From a virus (Duplodnaviria > Caudoviricetes), in the IMG/VR virus record IMGVR_UViG_3300047561_000092, positions 1-35,974 of that record: 35,974 bases of DNA; one strand, written 5' to 3'. Positions 19,004 through 26,865 of the stretch are shown piece by piece. Each line of letters opens with the position of its first letter. Position 1 is the stretch's first letter. The notes under the pieces are model-generated. The model made no database searches. It was not told where the DNA came from and saw only the letters and a program-made list of their open reading frames with translations. The position numbers were made by a program, and so were the translations under genes.

Positions 19004-19741
19004 TTGAAGATACTACTTATAGATATAGAAGTTGCACCAAATACTGCTCATGTCTGGGGAATCTTTGACCAAAACATCTCAATCAATCAATTACTAGAAT
19101 CATCTTACACTCTTTGCTATGCAGCCAAGTGGTATGGTGAATCTAAAATCATGTTTGATTCCATTCAAAAATCTGGTAAACAAAAAATGCTTGACTCTGT
19201 GCATAAACTTCTTGATGAAGCTGATGCCATAGTCCACTACAACGGTTCTAGGTTTGACATCCCCATACTACATAAAGAATTTTTACTCTCTGGTATGCCT
19301 CCTCCAGCACCCTCTAAACAGATAGATTTACTTCAAGTAGCTCGTAGACAGTTTAGGTTTGTATCTAATAAACTAGACTATGTATCACAGGCTTTAGGAC
19401 TAGGTGCTAAAACAGCACATGAAGGTCATACGTTATGGTTAAAGTGTATGAATGATGACCGTAAAGCATGGAAGACAATGGAAGAGTATAATAAGAATGA
19501 TGTTATATTACTTGAGAAGGTTTACGATAAATTCAAAGGCTGGATTAAACAGCATCCAAATCATAACGCATATTCTGTTGACGTTTGTTGTCCTAATTGT
19601 GCTTCACGCAAATTACAAGCTCGTGGTACACAAAGAAGTAGGACTGCTATCTATCAACGCTATCAATGTAAAGATTGTGGTTCGTGGGCAAGGTCTGTTA
19701 AGTCAGAAAAGATTGCCAAAGACTCTGTAGTAACCATTTAA
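19004..19741 (+). CDS. RNase H-like (DnaQ/DEDD) exonuclease with C-terminal zinc ribbon
   Basis: LIDIE, HYNGSRFDIP, YNKNDV motifs; CPNC...CKDC; TTG start with RBS aggagag. Confidence 0.85.
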   Translation: MKILLIDIEVAPNTAHVWGIFDQNISINQLLESSYTLCYAAKWYGESKIMFDSIQKSGKQKMLDSVHKLLDEADAIVHYNGSRFDIPILHKEFLLSGMPPPAPSKQIDLLQVARRQFRFVSNKLDYVSQALGLGAKTAHEGHTLWLKCMNDDRKAWKTMEEYNKNDVILLEKVYDKFKGWIKQHPNHNAYSVDVCCPNCASRKLQARGTQRSRTAIYQRYQCKDCGSWARSVKSEKIAKDSVVTI

Positions 19742-19748
19742 GGATTAT

Positions 19749-19922
19749 ATGTCACTAACGCCTCAACAAATAGTTAATCACATGGTAGGAAAAACAATCT
19801 TGTCATGTGAGTTAGATTATGAAGATAACCTTATCATCCTAGAAATAGATGATGGAAGTTATATAGAGATAGCTGGGGAAGACTTATCTATCTATGCAGA
19901 AATACCTCAATTAGACGATTGA
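19749..19922 (+). CDS. Small acidic protein, 57 aa (not in the ORF track)
   Basis: RBS aagga; MSLTPQQIVNHMVGKTILSCELDYEDNLIILEIDDGSYIEIAGEDLSIYAEIPQLDD; last + gene, overlapping the convergent gene. Confidence 0.65.
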   Translation: MSLTPQQIVNHMVGKTILSCELDYEDNLIILEIDDGSYIEIAGEDLSIYAEIPQLDD

Positions 19923-20272
19923 TACCACGCATCAATAAAGTCTTTTAATCCTTCTATACCATTACCAAGCATTACAAGTTTGTCTTGGGTAACTTTATAA
20001 AAGTTATCTACTTCAGTTCCTGTATTGTCACTATATCCATTTATTACTACTACGGTAAACTTATCTTGGTCTGCTAATGCTTTTAAGAGTATTTTTTGAC
20101 CTAAAGATATTTCCTCATTTGTGCGTTTCCATTCACCTACAAGAAAATTATCATGTCTTTCAAAAACCATGTCAATGTTAGATGGCATAGCTTTTGGATT
20201 ATCTAATATAACACCTCTTAAAAAACCAAAGTCCGTATGACTAGCATACGAGTTACGCATTGCATTAGACAC
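19907..20272 (-). CDS. PD-(D/E)xK-like hypothetical nuclease
   Basis: SNIDMVFE...LVGEWKR...SLGQ motif. Confidence 0.55.
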   Translation of the reverse strand: MSNAMRNSYASHTDFGFLRGVILDNPKAMPSNIDMVFERHDNFLVGEWKRTNEEISLGQKILLKALADQDKFTVVVINGYSDNTGTEVDNFYKVTQDKLVMLGNGIEGLKDFIDAWYQSSN

Positions 20273-20417
20273 AAATAATCATATCCTTGCCTGTAGTGCA
20301 TACTGTTACAGTGCCATCAGGTGCAAAGATAGTAGTTGTATCAGCCAAAGCCTTTTCTGTTCCCCATATAGCTAATGCAGCCATTACAATAATAAATATC
20401 CAATAAATTTTATTCAT
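20265..20417 (-). CDS. Small exported peptide, 50 aa (not in the ORF track)
   Basis: MNKIYWIFIIVMAALAIWGTEKALA|DTTTIFAPDGTVTVCTTGKDMIICV; signal peptide with AxA site and two Cys; overlaps both neighbours. Confidence 0.65.
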   Translation of the reverse strand: MNKIYWIFIIVMAALAIWGTEKALADTTTIFAPDGTVTVCTTGKDMIICV

Positions 20418-20685
20418 CATCAACTCTCCCTAACATAGCTTCAAGTTCTGGTGGATTAATAGCTAATTCATCTCTAGTAGCTTCTAATAACTTATTCTTA
20501 TACCAATCAGATTTTTCCAAGTCTTGCTCTGGATGGTCTTTAAACGGATAACGTAAGTCATACTTCAACTTACATCCTTTAAGATAACCAATGTATTCTT
20601 CTTTAGTTAAGCGACTTTTAATAACATCAATTGCTTCAATTCCACCTACCAAGTAATGTGGAGGTCTATTTACCATATCAACCAT
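20410..20685 (-). CDS. DUF3310 (SaV-like / T7 gp1.7-like) protein
   Basis: DMVNRPPHY..GGIEAIDVI...GYLKG..LKY..R...K....DLEK..WY. Confidence 0.85.
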   Translation of the reverse strand: MVDMVNRPPHYLVGGIEAIDVIKSRLTKEEYIGYLKGCKLKYDLRYPFKDHPEQDLEKSDWYKNKLLEATRDELAINPPELEAMLGRVDDE

Positions 20686-20788
20686 GCTTATCTCCTTATA
20701 AAGACTAAATCAATAAATTGATATAATCCATAAACGAACCATATCATTGCGAATACTACCATAAAATATACAATATAGTCAATGACTT

Positions 20789-21043
20789 TTAGTATCCTAT
20801 CCATTTACCTTCTTCCCTTCCTACGGTTACAGATATATAGTTCCTATTCTTAAAGCGTTTATCTAATGTATTATTGTAAGTCCATTTAGGCAAAGTAAAA
20901 TACCCTTGATTCTCCAAGTACTTTAATCTCACTCTATTGGTAACACAATCTTGCACAATATTCTTAATGCTGCAATTTGGATGTTCTTGTATATACTTGA
21001 TAATAAATTTTGCTTGTCTTTCATCATCTAATTTTGTGTACAT
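20789..21043 (-). CDS. Hypothetical protein (possible winged helix)
   Basis: IIKYIQEHPNCSIKNI...LKYLENQGY. Confidence 0.5.
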   Translation of the reverse strand: MYTKLDDERQAKFIIKYIQEHPNCSIKNIVQDCVTNRVRLKYLENQGYFTLPKWTYNNTLDKRFKNRNYISVTVGREEGKWIGY

Positions 21044-21621
21044 AATTCAGTCCTAATATATTTTAAAATACCATAATTATAACCACGCATTGTACATTCT
21101 ACAAGTGTATAGTCAAGTAACAACTCATCTATGCGTCTACGGTTATATGCACTATGAAACTCTATTAAAAATACCACAGGGAAATTGACTAGGTTTTCTA
21201 GTATCTCAATCTCTGCACCTTCTGTATCTATCTTTATAATATCACATGGAGGTAAGTTTTTAGCACTCATTACCTTTACTAATTCACCTTCTTTAGATTG
21301 CTCTTCACCTTCAAACATACTGGCTTCACCACAGTTATGTAGACCATAATACATCTGTCTTTCACCATCTTCTTTACCTATGGCAAAGTTTCTAATAGCT
21401 ATGTCAGTTCCTTCTATGTTTTGTCTTAATAACTCATAATTAGCTTTTATAGGCTCATAACAGTCTATTTTTGGCTTGTCAAAGTATTCATGTGCCCATA
21501 CCGCAAATCCACCTACATTAGCACCAATGTCTATGATATAAGGATTAGGCATTGAACCTATTGCATATTCCCCTTGAAATATCTTTCCTACATGACCAAT
21601 CATGTTGTTAGGAATTATCAT
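21028..21621 (-). CDS. FkbM-family SAM-dependent methyltransferase
   Basis: IIDIGANVG, CYEP, IIKIDTEGAE, LIEFH motifs. Confidence 0.9.
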   Translation of the reverse strand: MIIPNNMIGHVGKIFQGEYAIGSMPNPYIIDIGANVGGFAVWAHEYFDKPKIDCYEPIKANYELLRQNIEGTDIAIRNFAIGKEDGERQMYYGLHNCGEASMFEGEEQSKEGELVKVMSAKNLPPCDIIKIDTEGAEIEILENLVNFPVVFLIEFHSAYNRRRIDELLLDYTLVECTMRGYNYGILKYIRTELCTQN

Positions 21622-22349
21622 ACAAGCCTACCACTATATTGATAAGTGCCAGTATGAGTTAATTGTGCCCATGCTGCACCCCAAACTTTAATGCCATTAT
21701 CCCTAGCTAACTTACAAAAATGATAATCTTCTGATAATAGTTTTTTATCTTCATCAATGCTAGTAGCAAAGTATTCTACGATTTCATCACCTAGATTAGA
21801 GTTGTCATTTACATCATTCATGTTGTGGATATATTTAGGACATTTATCTTTGAGCTTATCAAATACATCACGCTTAATAACCATAAACCCTGTGCCACCA
21901 TGTTTAATCTCAAAAGGTTTATCTAAAGGCACAAGTTGCTTTGTAACATCACCCATCATGTTTACTACATATTCACCTGTAAAGTATTTTAATTGATTTT
22001 CTGGCACATTTTTTTTAATAGCAAATGCTAATGCACCAAAGTTAATTTCTTTTTTGGGATAAAGACCGCAGATAATATCTACATCTGAATCAATCATCTT
22101 AAATAAATGCTCTGGATTAAAATGAATATCAGCATCAATAAATATCATGTGAGTGCAATCAGACTTTAAGAAGTCATTGACCATTGTATTACGACCACGA
22201 GTAATAAGACTTTCGTTGTAAAGAAATGAAAAGTAAGCATCCATGTCTTTATTAATTAAATGAGCTTGTAGGCTTAATATAGACTCCATATAAGTGCCAT
22301 AACAAAGACCACCATACATAGGTGTAGCTATAAATAAATTAGGTTTCAT
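21618..22349 (-). CDS. GT-A fold glycosyltransferase
   Basis: IATPMYGG, ESLITRGRN, FIDADI (DxD), GTGFM, LSEDYHFC, H.G motifs. Confidence 0.85.
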   Translation of the reverse strand: MKPNLFIATPMYGGLCYGTYMESILSLQAHLINKDMDAYFSFLYNESLITRGRNTMVNDFLKSDCTHMIFIDADIHFNPEHLFKMIDSDVDIICGLYPKKEINFGALAFAIKKNVPENQLKYFTGEYVVNMMGDVTKQLVPLDKPFEIKHGGTGFMVIKRDVFDKLKDKCPKYIHNMNDVNDNSNLGDEIVEYFATSIDEDKKLLSEDYHFCKLARDNGIKVWGAAWAQLTHTGTYQYSGRLV

Positions 22350-22483
22350 TTAGTTTCCTTTTGTTGTTCTTTATAAACATCTATTGATTTATTAGTAATA
22401 ACAGTTGATGCAACATTTAACGCAATGTCTGCACATCCACTAATGCCCAATAGGGTAAAGACTACTATCATATTTTTTAACAT
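22346..22483 (-). CDS. Small lipoprotein
   Basis: MLKNMIVVFTLLGISG|CADIALNV: lipobox-like ISGC; start at 22483 or 22471. Confidence 0.55.
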   Translation of the reverse strand: MLKNMIVVFTLLGISGCADIALNVASTVITNKSIDVYKEQQKETK

Positions 22484-22667
22484 TAGTAACCCTAATAATA
22501 TTTTTGGTATCTGGAATAAGTGGTGTAATAACAACATTGTGCATTTTAGATTTAATATCATTAAACCATGTAAGTTCTAGTGGTTCAAATCTAGTTAAAG
22601 TAATATCCACAAGATTACCTTGACCGTCAAATTCTTCTATCTGATACCCTAAATGTTCTGGTTTCAT
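22440..22667 (-). CDS. Hypothetical protein
   Basis: Coupled to the upstream stop at 22667. Confidence 0.5.
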   Translation of the reverse strand: MKPEHLGYQIEEFDGQGNLVDITLTRFEPLELTWFNDIKSKMHNVVITPLIPDTKNIIRVTNVKKYDSSLYPIGH

Positions 22668-23044
22668 TAATAAAATTCCAAGTTGTTTATAGTTTTTTTA
22701 TGTGTGTGACCAAACCACTTACTTTTTTTCGCAATAGACTTATCATGGAAGTAAAGAGCATTTCCAATTTCGTTACGGTATTTATGAAACACAATTGTAT
22801 CAAGAACCAATAACTTGGTTTCCAAGTAGGTTTTTTCATCAACTGGCTCATGCGTTTCATCCCATACTCCGAAAAATTGTTTATCAGCGTATACAACACT
22901 GCATACAGTCCTACCCCAGCGACCAGTGTTAAGGCGATTACGGATAGTATTGACAATTGCAATTCGTTCATTTTTGTTTGACCCTTCGTGATAAGCTGCT
23001 GTTGCGTAACATACTATATCCATTTCTAAAGATTGAATCTCCAT
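22667..23044 (-). CDS. Cell wall hydrolase, SleB/Hydrolase_2 family
   Basis: C.ATAAYHE...AI...IRNR...TVCSVVY...QF...ALYFH...W...I....FY. Confidence 0.85.
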   Translation of the reverse strand: MEIQSLEMDIVCYATAAYHEGSNKNERIAIVNTIRNRLNTGRWGRTVCSVVYADKQFFGVWDETHEPVDEKTYLETKLLVLDTIVFHKYRNEIGNALYFHDKSIAKKSKWFGHTHKKTINNLEFY

Positions 23045-23100
23045 TATATTACATAGTCCTTTCTAATGGTTTTACAGTCGTGTCAAAATACACATAAGCG

Positions 23101-23132
23101 TATAATGATACTATAAATTCAAAGAAAGGAGA
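23101..23132 (+). promoter_or_regulatory. Candidate -10 box and RBS for pqqA
   Basis: Consensus TATAAT at 23101..23106 (the -35 is weak); SD aaggaga at 23126..23132, 7 nt before the ATG. Confidence 0.55.
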
Positions 23133-23139
23133 ATAGACC

Positions 23140-23211
23140 ATGTGGACTAAACCTACTGCTACAGAAATGCGTTTTGGCTTTGAAGTAACCATGTATGTAA
23201 TGAATAAATAG
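23140..23211 (+). CDS. pqqA: Pyrroloquinoline quinone precursor peptide PqqA, 23 aa (not in the ORF track)
   Basis: MWTKPTATEMRFGFEVTMYVMNK*; hallmark MWxKP...R.GFEVTMY with the Glu15-x3-Tyr19 core; strong RBS; Methylophilaceae-type sequence. Confidence 0.96.
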   Translation: MWTKPTATEMRFGFEVTMYVMNK

Positions 23212-23222
23212 TTATAACTGAT

Positions 23223-23252
23223 TGGGGATGCTCCTAGAAAGGAACATCTCCA
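23223..23252. terminator. Hairpin between convergent pqqA and ssb
   Basis: tggggatgctcct-agaa-aggaacatctcca: 13-bp stem with one mismatch and one G-U; no long U tract. Confidence 0.5.
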
Positions 23253-23473
23253 TCATCTTCATTTACAGGTTTACTAGCACCAGCAGAGTTGTTATCTTTT
23301 AACTGCACAGAACCACTAATAAACTTACCTTTAGCACCTTCACGAATCCAACCACTAATTCTAAATTCAATACCATCTACATTAGCAGTTCCTGTGTAGT
23401 CTGGTCGTTTAGGATTATCACCCTTATCATTTTTAAATAATGCAAAGGTATTTGTATTATCATATTCAGCCAT
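23234..23473 (-). CDS. Single-stranded DNA-binding protein (short phage type)
   Basis: LFKND...PDYTG...ISGW...KFISG; acidic tail DDGDVPF; follows the annealase and exonuclease. Confidence 0.75.
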   Translation of the reverse strand: MAEYDNTNTFALFKNDKGDNPKRPDYTGTANVDGIEFRISGWIREGAKGKFISGSVQLKDNNSAGASKPVNEDDGDVPF

Positions 23474-23474
23474 C

Positions 23475-24059
23475 TTATTGCTCCTTTGGAAATAACAGTT
23501 TATCTTCTTTTACATCTATATCAAATATGGGTTTGCGTTTCCAACGAGTAGGCTCTACATCATCTTCTACAAACTTCATAAATTCTAACACTAAAGGTTT
23601 ATACCAGTCAAACCATTCTTTGCTGCGTTCAATGATTTGTATAGTAATACCCTTTGGAGTCCATACCACAAAATAACATTTTGGTGAGTTACATACTTCC
23701 ATTTGTAATTGGACTTGAAAATAATAACGGTCTGGAATCATACCATAGAATTCCTGCGTAAATGGGCACTTGATTTCACCAACTAACCTGTCAAGAAAAA
23801 AATCAGGTGATGCACCTAATGGTAAATCAGGATGTACTACAAGTTTATTGCCATTCTCACATATCTTATCCATAGTTTTTTCAAACTCACATAGTGCCAG
23901 ATGCTCGTGGTCAATACCATATTCAGTCATTTCATTACCTGCAAATGGTGCTTCACGCAATGTCATTTGCCTCCACAACTTTTGTCTTTCATATACAGCA
24001 GACCAAGCATTAGAGGCAGTAACAATGTTATGCCTCCTATTGTCAGTTAAGTGACTCAT
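23475..24059 (-). CDS. YqaJ/lambda-exonuclease family protein
   Basis: VTASN, YG..HE, LGASPD, EIKCP, YYFQVQLQM. Confidence 0.9.
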   Translation of the reverse strand: MSHLTDNRRHNIVTASNAWSAVYERQKLWRQMTLREAPFAGNEMTEYGIDHEHLALCEFEKTMDKICENGNKLVVHPDLPLGASPDFFLDRLVGEIKCPFTQEFYGMIPDRYYFQVQLQMEVCNSPKCYFVVWTPKGITIQIIERSKEWFDWYKPLVLEFMKFVEDDVEPTRWKRKPIFDIDVKEDKLLFPKEQ

Positions 24060-24673
24060 GCAGATTTCTTAAGTTCATTAGCATAATCACGAAGCTCTAA
24101 TTGCACTTCAGGAGTTAAAGAAAAGAATGATTCTTTTAATTTACCTTTTTTATTAGCTTCTAAAAGATTATTTTTAGCTGCAGTTAAATCAATTTCTATT
24201 GGTTTAATAATTTCTTTTACAGGTGCTTCAGGAATATCCTCACCGCTATATATATATAATCCAATGCCATGTAATGCAATAGCTTTAGCTAAACATCTTT
24301 GCATAGCTGTATTAACTGCCATAGCATCTGGGTTAAGAATAGCTTTATTTGAATAATTGATTACTGGAAGTTGTGCAGTCATAGATTTATTAAAAGCATA
24401 AACTGTGCAAAATACCATAAGTGTTTCACCAAATTGTTTAGGTTCACCATAAGCCCATGAAGCTGTTGGGTCTTGCTGTAAAAGTGTATCTACAGCATAT
24501 GCCCATGATAAGTATGATAGACCGTTCTTTTTCTCAATGTGTTCAGATACATTAATCTTGCGTAAATCGTTATAGTTCATCTTGCTCTCCGTTTGTTGTT
24601 CTAGTTGATGTAGTTCCATCATTACTTGGTCGTAGTGTTGTTGCTGTGACATTTGCTCTCTCCCATTTGTCAT
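24056..24673 (-). CDS. Sak/DUF1071 single-strand annealing protein (Rad52-like); real start may be 24580
   Basis: INVSEHIEKKNGLSYLSWAYA...NTAMQRCLAKAIALHGIGLYIYSGEDIP. Confidence 0.9.
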   Translation of the reverse strand: MTNGREQMSQQQHYDQVMMELHQLEQQTESKMNYNDLRKINVSEHIEKKNGLSYLSWAYAVDTLLQQDPTASWAYGEPKQFGETLMVFCTVYAFNKSMTAQLPVINYSNKAILNPDAMAVNTAMQRCLAKAIALHGIGLYIYSGEDIPEAPVKEIIKPIEIDLTAAKNNLLEANKKGKLKESFFSLTPEVQLELRDYANELKKSA

Positions 24674-24782
24674 TATCTAATTTAAGTTCTTCGTTTAATT
24701 CTTTTAAAATCTTTGCTATGTGTTCTAAACCATTCGCCATATTATATACCCCCAAAATATAAAAAGAAAGAACCATAAGTAT

Positions 24783-24893
24783 TTAGTCATCATGTTTCTC
24801 CTGTTGGTCTAGTTTATGTTGAGCTTCTTTTTCTTGTTCGTCAAGTCTTTCCATGTCATCTAAATATGCGTCTGGGTCTAAATGTCTTTCCAT
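24783..24893 (-). CDS. Small acidic early protein, 36 aa
   Basis: MERHLDPDAYLDDMERLDEQEKEAQHKLDQQEKHDD; RBS aaggag; coupled to the upstream stop. Confidence 0.6.
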   Translation of the reverse strand: MERHLDPDAYLDDMERLDEQEKEAQHKLDQQEKHDD

Positions 24894-24988
24894 TATATTG
24901 CTCCTTCCAATTTACCTATTACATATAAACATAAAGCTACCCAACACCAAAACGCTGCTGCTGTCACAATCATAGTCTTAATACTCAT
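24893..24988 (-). CDS. Small membrane peptide, 31 aa; first leftward gene
   Basis: MSIKTMIVTAAAFWCWVALCLYVIGKLEGAI; RBS aggagag. Confidence 0.65.
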   Translation of the reverse strand: MSIKTMIVTAAAFWCWVALCLYVIGKLEGAI

Positions 24989-25023
24989 CTTTTCTCTCCT
25001 AAAAGTTAAATACTACAATACCT

Positions 25024-25051
25024 ATCTTAATGATATAAAATACCCTGTCAA
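25024..25051 (-). promoter_or_regulatory. Leftward early sigma70 promoter
   Basis: TTGACA-N16-TAAGAT on the minus strand. Confidence 0.7.
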
Positions 25052-25058
25052 GCACTTT

Positions 25059-25085
25059 CTAGTAAAAAACTAGTAAATAAATAGT
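25059..25085. repeat. 11-bp-period tandem repeats between the divergent -35 boxes (operator or UP element-like)
   Basis: ctagtaaaaaa / ctagtaaataa / atagt. Confidence 0.5.
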
Positions 25086-25113
25086 TTACATCTAAATTTT
25101 ATTATGGTAGTCT
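25085..25113 (+). promoter_or_regulatory. Rightward early sigma70 promoter
   Basis: TTTACA-N17-TAGTCT with extended -10 TG. Confidence 0.65.
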
Positions 25114-25143
25114 GTTTTGGCAATATCAACTAAAGGAGAGCAA

Positions 25144-25767
25144 ATGTATAAGATTAAGAACTGGGAGAAGTTTAATCTCTATAACCCAAAGAACCCACGC
25201 TATCAAAAAAAGATGACATGGTTCAAATTCTTTGGTACAGATTATATAAATAACATAGATATTCATAAATTATCTTTTGAACAAAAAGCAGTATTAGTTG
25301 AACTTTGGTGTTTGGGTTCAGAAAGTGATGGAGTACTACCAGAAATATTTGAGATAGCTTTTAGACTTCATTATCCTATTGATTTTGTTGAGAAAATAGT
25401 TAAGGAATTATTTACTAGAGGATTACTAGTAGAAAACTATACAACTGTTAGTATAGAGAATAGAAGAGAAGATAAGATAATAGAAGATAGTAGTGTTGTT
25501 TTAACATCTAGGTTTTTAGAGTTTTGGGAGTCATATCCAAAGAATCCTAGAAAAGTTGCTAAATCATCTTGTCAAGCAAAATGGAAATCTAAAAATTATG
25601 ATACCATTGCTGATACAATAATATCTCATGTAAAAAATATGGCTCAATCTGAACAGTGGAGAAAAGAGAACGGAAATTATGTGCCAATGCCAATGACATA
25701 CCTAAACAGAGAATCTTGGGATGCAGATATTGCTCCTACTCGTAAAGTTTGGGAAGGTGGCATCTAA
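25144..25767 (+). CDS. Replication initiator (lambda O-like / replisome organiser)
   Basis: RBS aaggagag; IKNWEKF N-terminus; FLEFWESYPK...K...W...YVPMPMTYLN...W C-terminal domain; precedes the helicase. Confidence 0.8.
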   Translation: MYKIKNWEKFNLYNPKNPRYQKKMTWFKFFGTDYINNIDIHKLSFEQKAVLVELWCLGSESDGVLPEIFEIAFRLHYPIDFVEKIVKELFTRGLLVENYTTVSIENRREDKIIEDSSVVLTSRFLEFWESYPKNPRKVAKSSCQAKWKSKNYDTIADTIISHVKNMAQSEQWRKENGNYVPMPMTYLNRESWDADIAPTRKVWEGGI

Positions 25768-26690
25768 TGAATTTAGGAGAGGTCATTGATAAGCTAACCG
25801 TAAGTCAATCAACTGTGCAAGAATTTTATAATGAGGGGTATGGTCATGCGGAGTTTAAGGTTAAAAGTACAGATACATTTACTTCTGATTTGGTACGCTA
25901 TTTTGGTGAGGAAATTCATTCTGGAAAATCATTGGGCTGGGTTAAGACGGAAGATAAATTTCGTGTTAGGAAAGCCGAACTAACAGTTCTTACTGGAGTA
26001 TCTGGTCATGGTAAATCTATGTGGCTATCACAAGTTGTATTAGCAATGATGAAACAAGGAACTAAATGTTTAATAGCTTCTTTAGAGATGCGACCAGTAT
26101 TAACATTATCTCGTATGCTTATACAGACTTTAGGTTCACCACAACCAACAGATTCTTATATATCTGAATGGACAGATAGAGCAAAAAATCTATTGTTTCT
26201 ATACGACCAGTTAGGCACTACTACATCTGAAGATATGTTTGCAACTCTTTACTACGGTAAGCACGTTCTTGGATGTGAAGTATTTGTGATTGATAGTCTT
26301 ATGAAGATGTCAGATATTAGCGAAGAGTCTTTAGAGAAACAAAAATTGTTTTTAGATAGACTTGCTGTAACTTGTCGTGATTTGTCAATCCATGTTTTTT
26401 TAGTAGCACATACAAGAAAAATGAAATCAGAAGATGAGATACCAGATGCTACAAATATTATGGGAAGCTCACATATAAGAAACTTGACAGATAATGTTAT
26501 TTGTGTATGGAGAAATCGTGCTAAAGAAAAACTTGTAGAAGAAGGTAAAACTTCTGATGAAGAGTTAAAGATTATTCCAGATGCAAAGGTGTTTGTCCAG
26601 AAGCAGCGTAACAGCCAGTGGGAAGGTAGTTTTAATTTCTGGTACGACCAAAAAGGTCTTAAATATAAAGAGAGTCCAAATGCAAGGTAA
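25767..26690 (+). CDS. DnaB/SF4 replicative helicase
   Basis: Walker A GVSGHGKS, SLEM, VIDSL, LVAH.RK, GSS.I, KQR. Confidence 0.9.
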   Translation: MNLGEVIDKLTVSQSTVQEFYNEGYGHAEFKVKSTDTFTSDLVRYFGEEIHSGKSLGWVKTEDKFRVRKAELTVLTGVSGHGKSMWLSQVVLAMMKQGTKCLIASLEMRPVLTLSRMLIQTLGSPQPTDSYISEWTDRAKNLLFLYDQLGTTTSEDMFATLYYGKHVLGCEVFVIDSLMKMSDISEESLEKQKLFLDRLAVTCRDLSIHVFLVAHTRKMKSEDEIPDATNIMGSSHIRNLTDNVICVWRNRAKEKLVEEGKTSDEELKIIPDAKVFVQKQRNSQWEGSFNFWYDQKGLKYKESPNAR

Positions 26691-26865
26691 AGATACAATA
26701 AATGATTTTTTAAAAGCTATACAAAAGCATTTTGGTGAAGTAGAATATAAAATAACAACAATAGACGGTGTTACATTTAGAAAAACAAAGGGGTGGTATG
26801 ATGCTAAAGTGGAGTTTGACGAAGGACAACTTGCCAATGCTGTACGAAAAGTTGAAAGCACTTGA
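26680..26865 (+). CDS. Hypothetical protein
   Basis: MQGKDTINDFLKAIQKHFGEVEYK...; overlaps the helicase end. Confidence 0.5.
   Translation: MQGKDTINDFLKAIQKHFGEVEYKITTIDGVTFRKTKGWYDAKVEFDEGQLANAVRKVEST

Noticed and set aside
23045-23473. Remainder of a pqq operon or a methanol dehydrogenase gene
   Set aside because: Flanks are phage ssb and SleB genes; no radical-SAM CxxxCxxC, PqqB/C/D or MDH-sized ORF was seen anywhere
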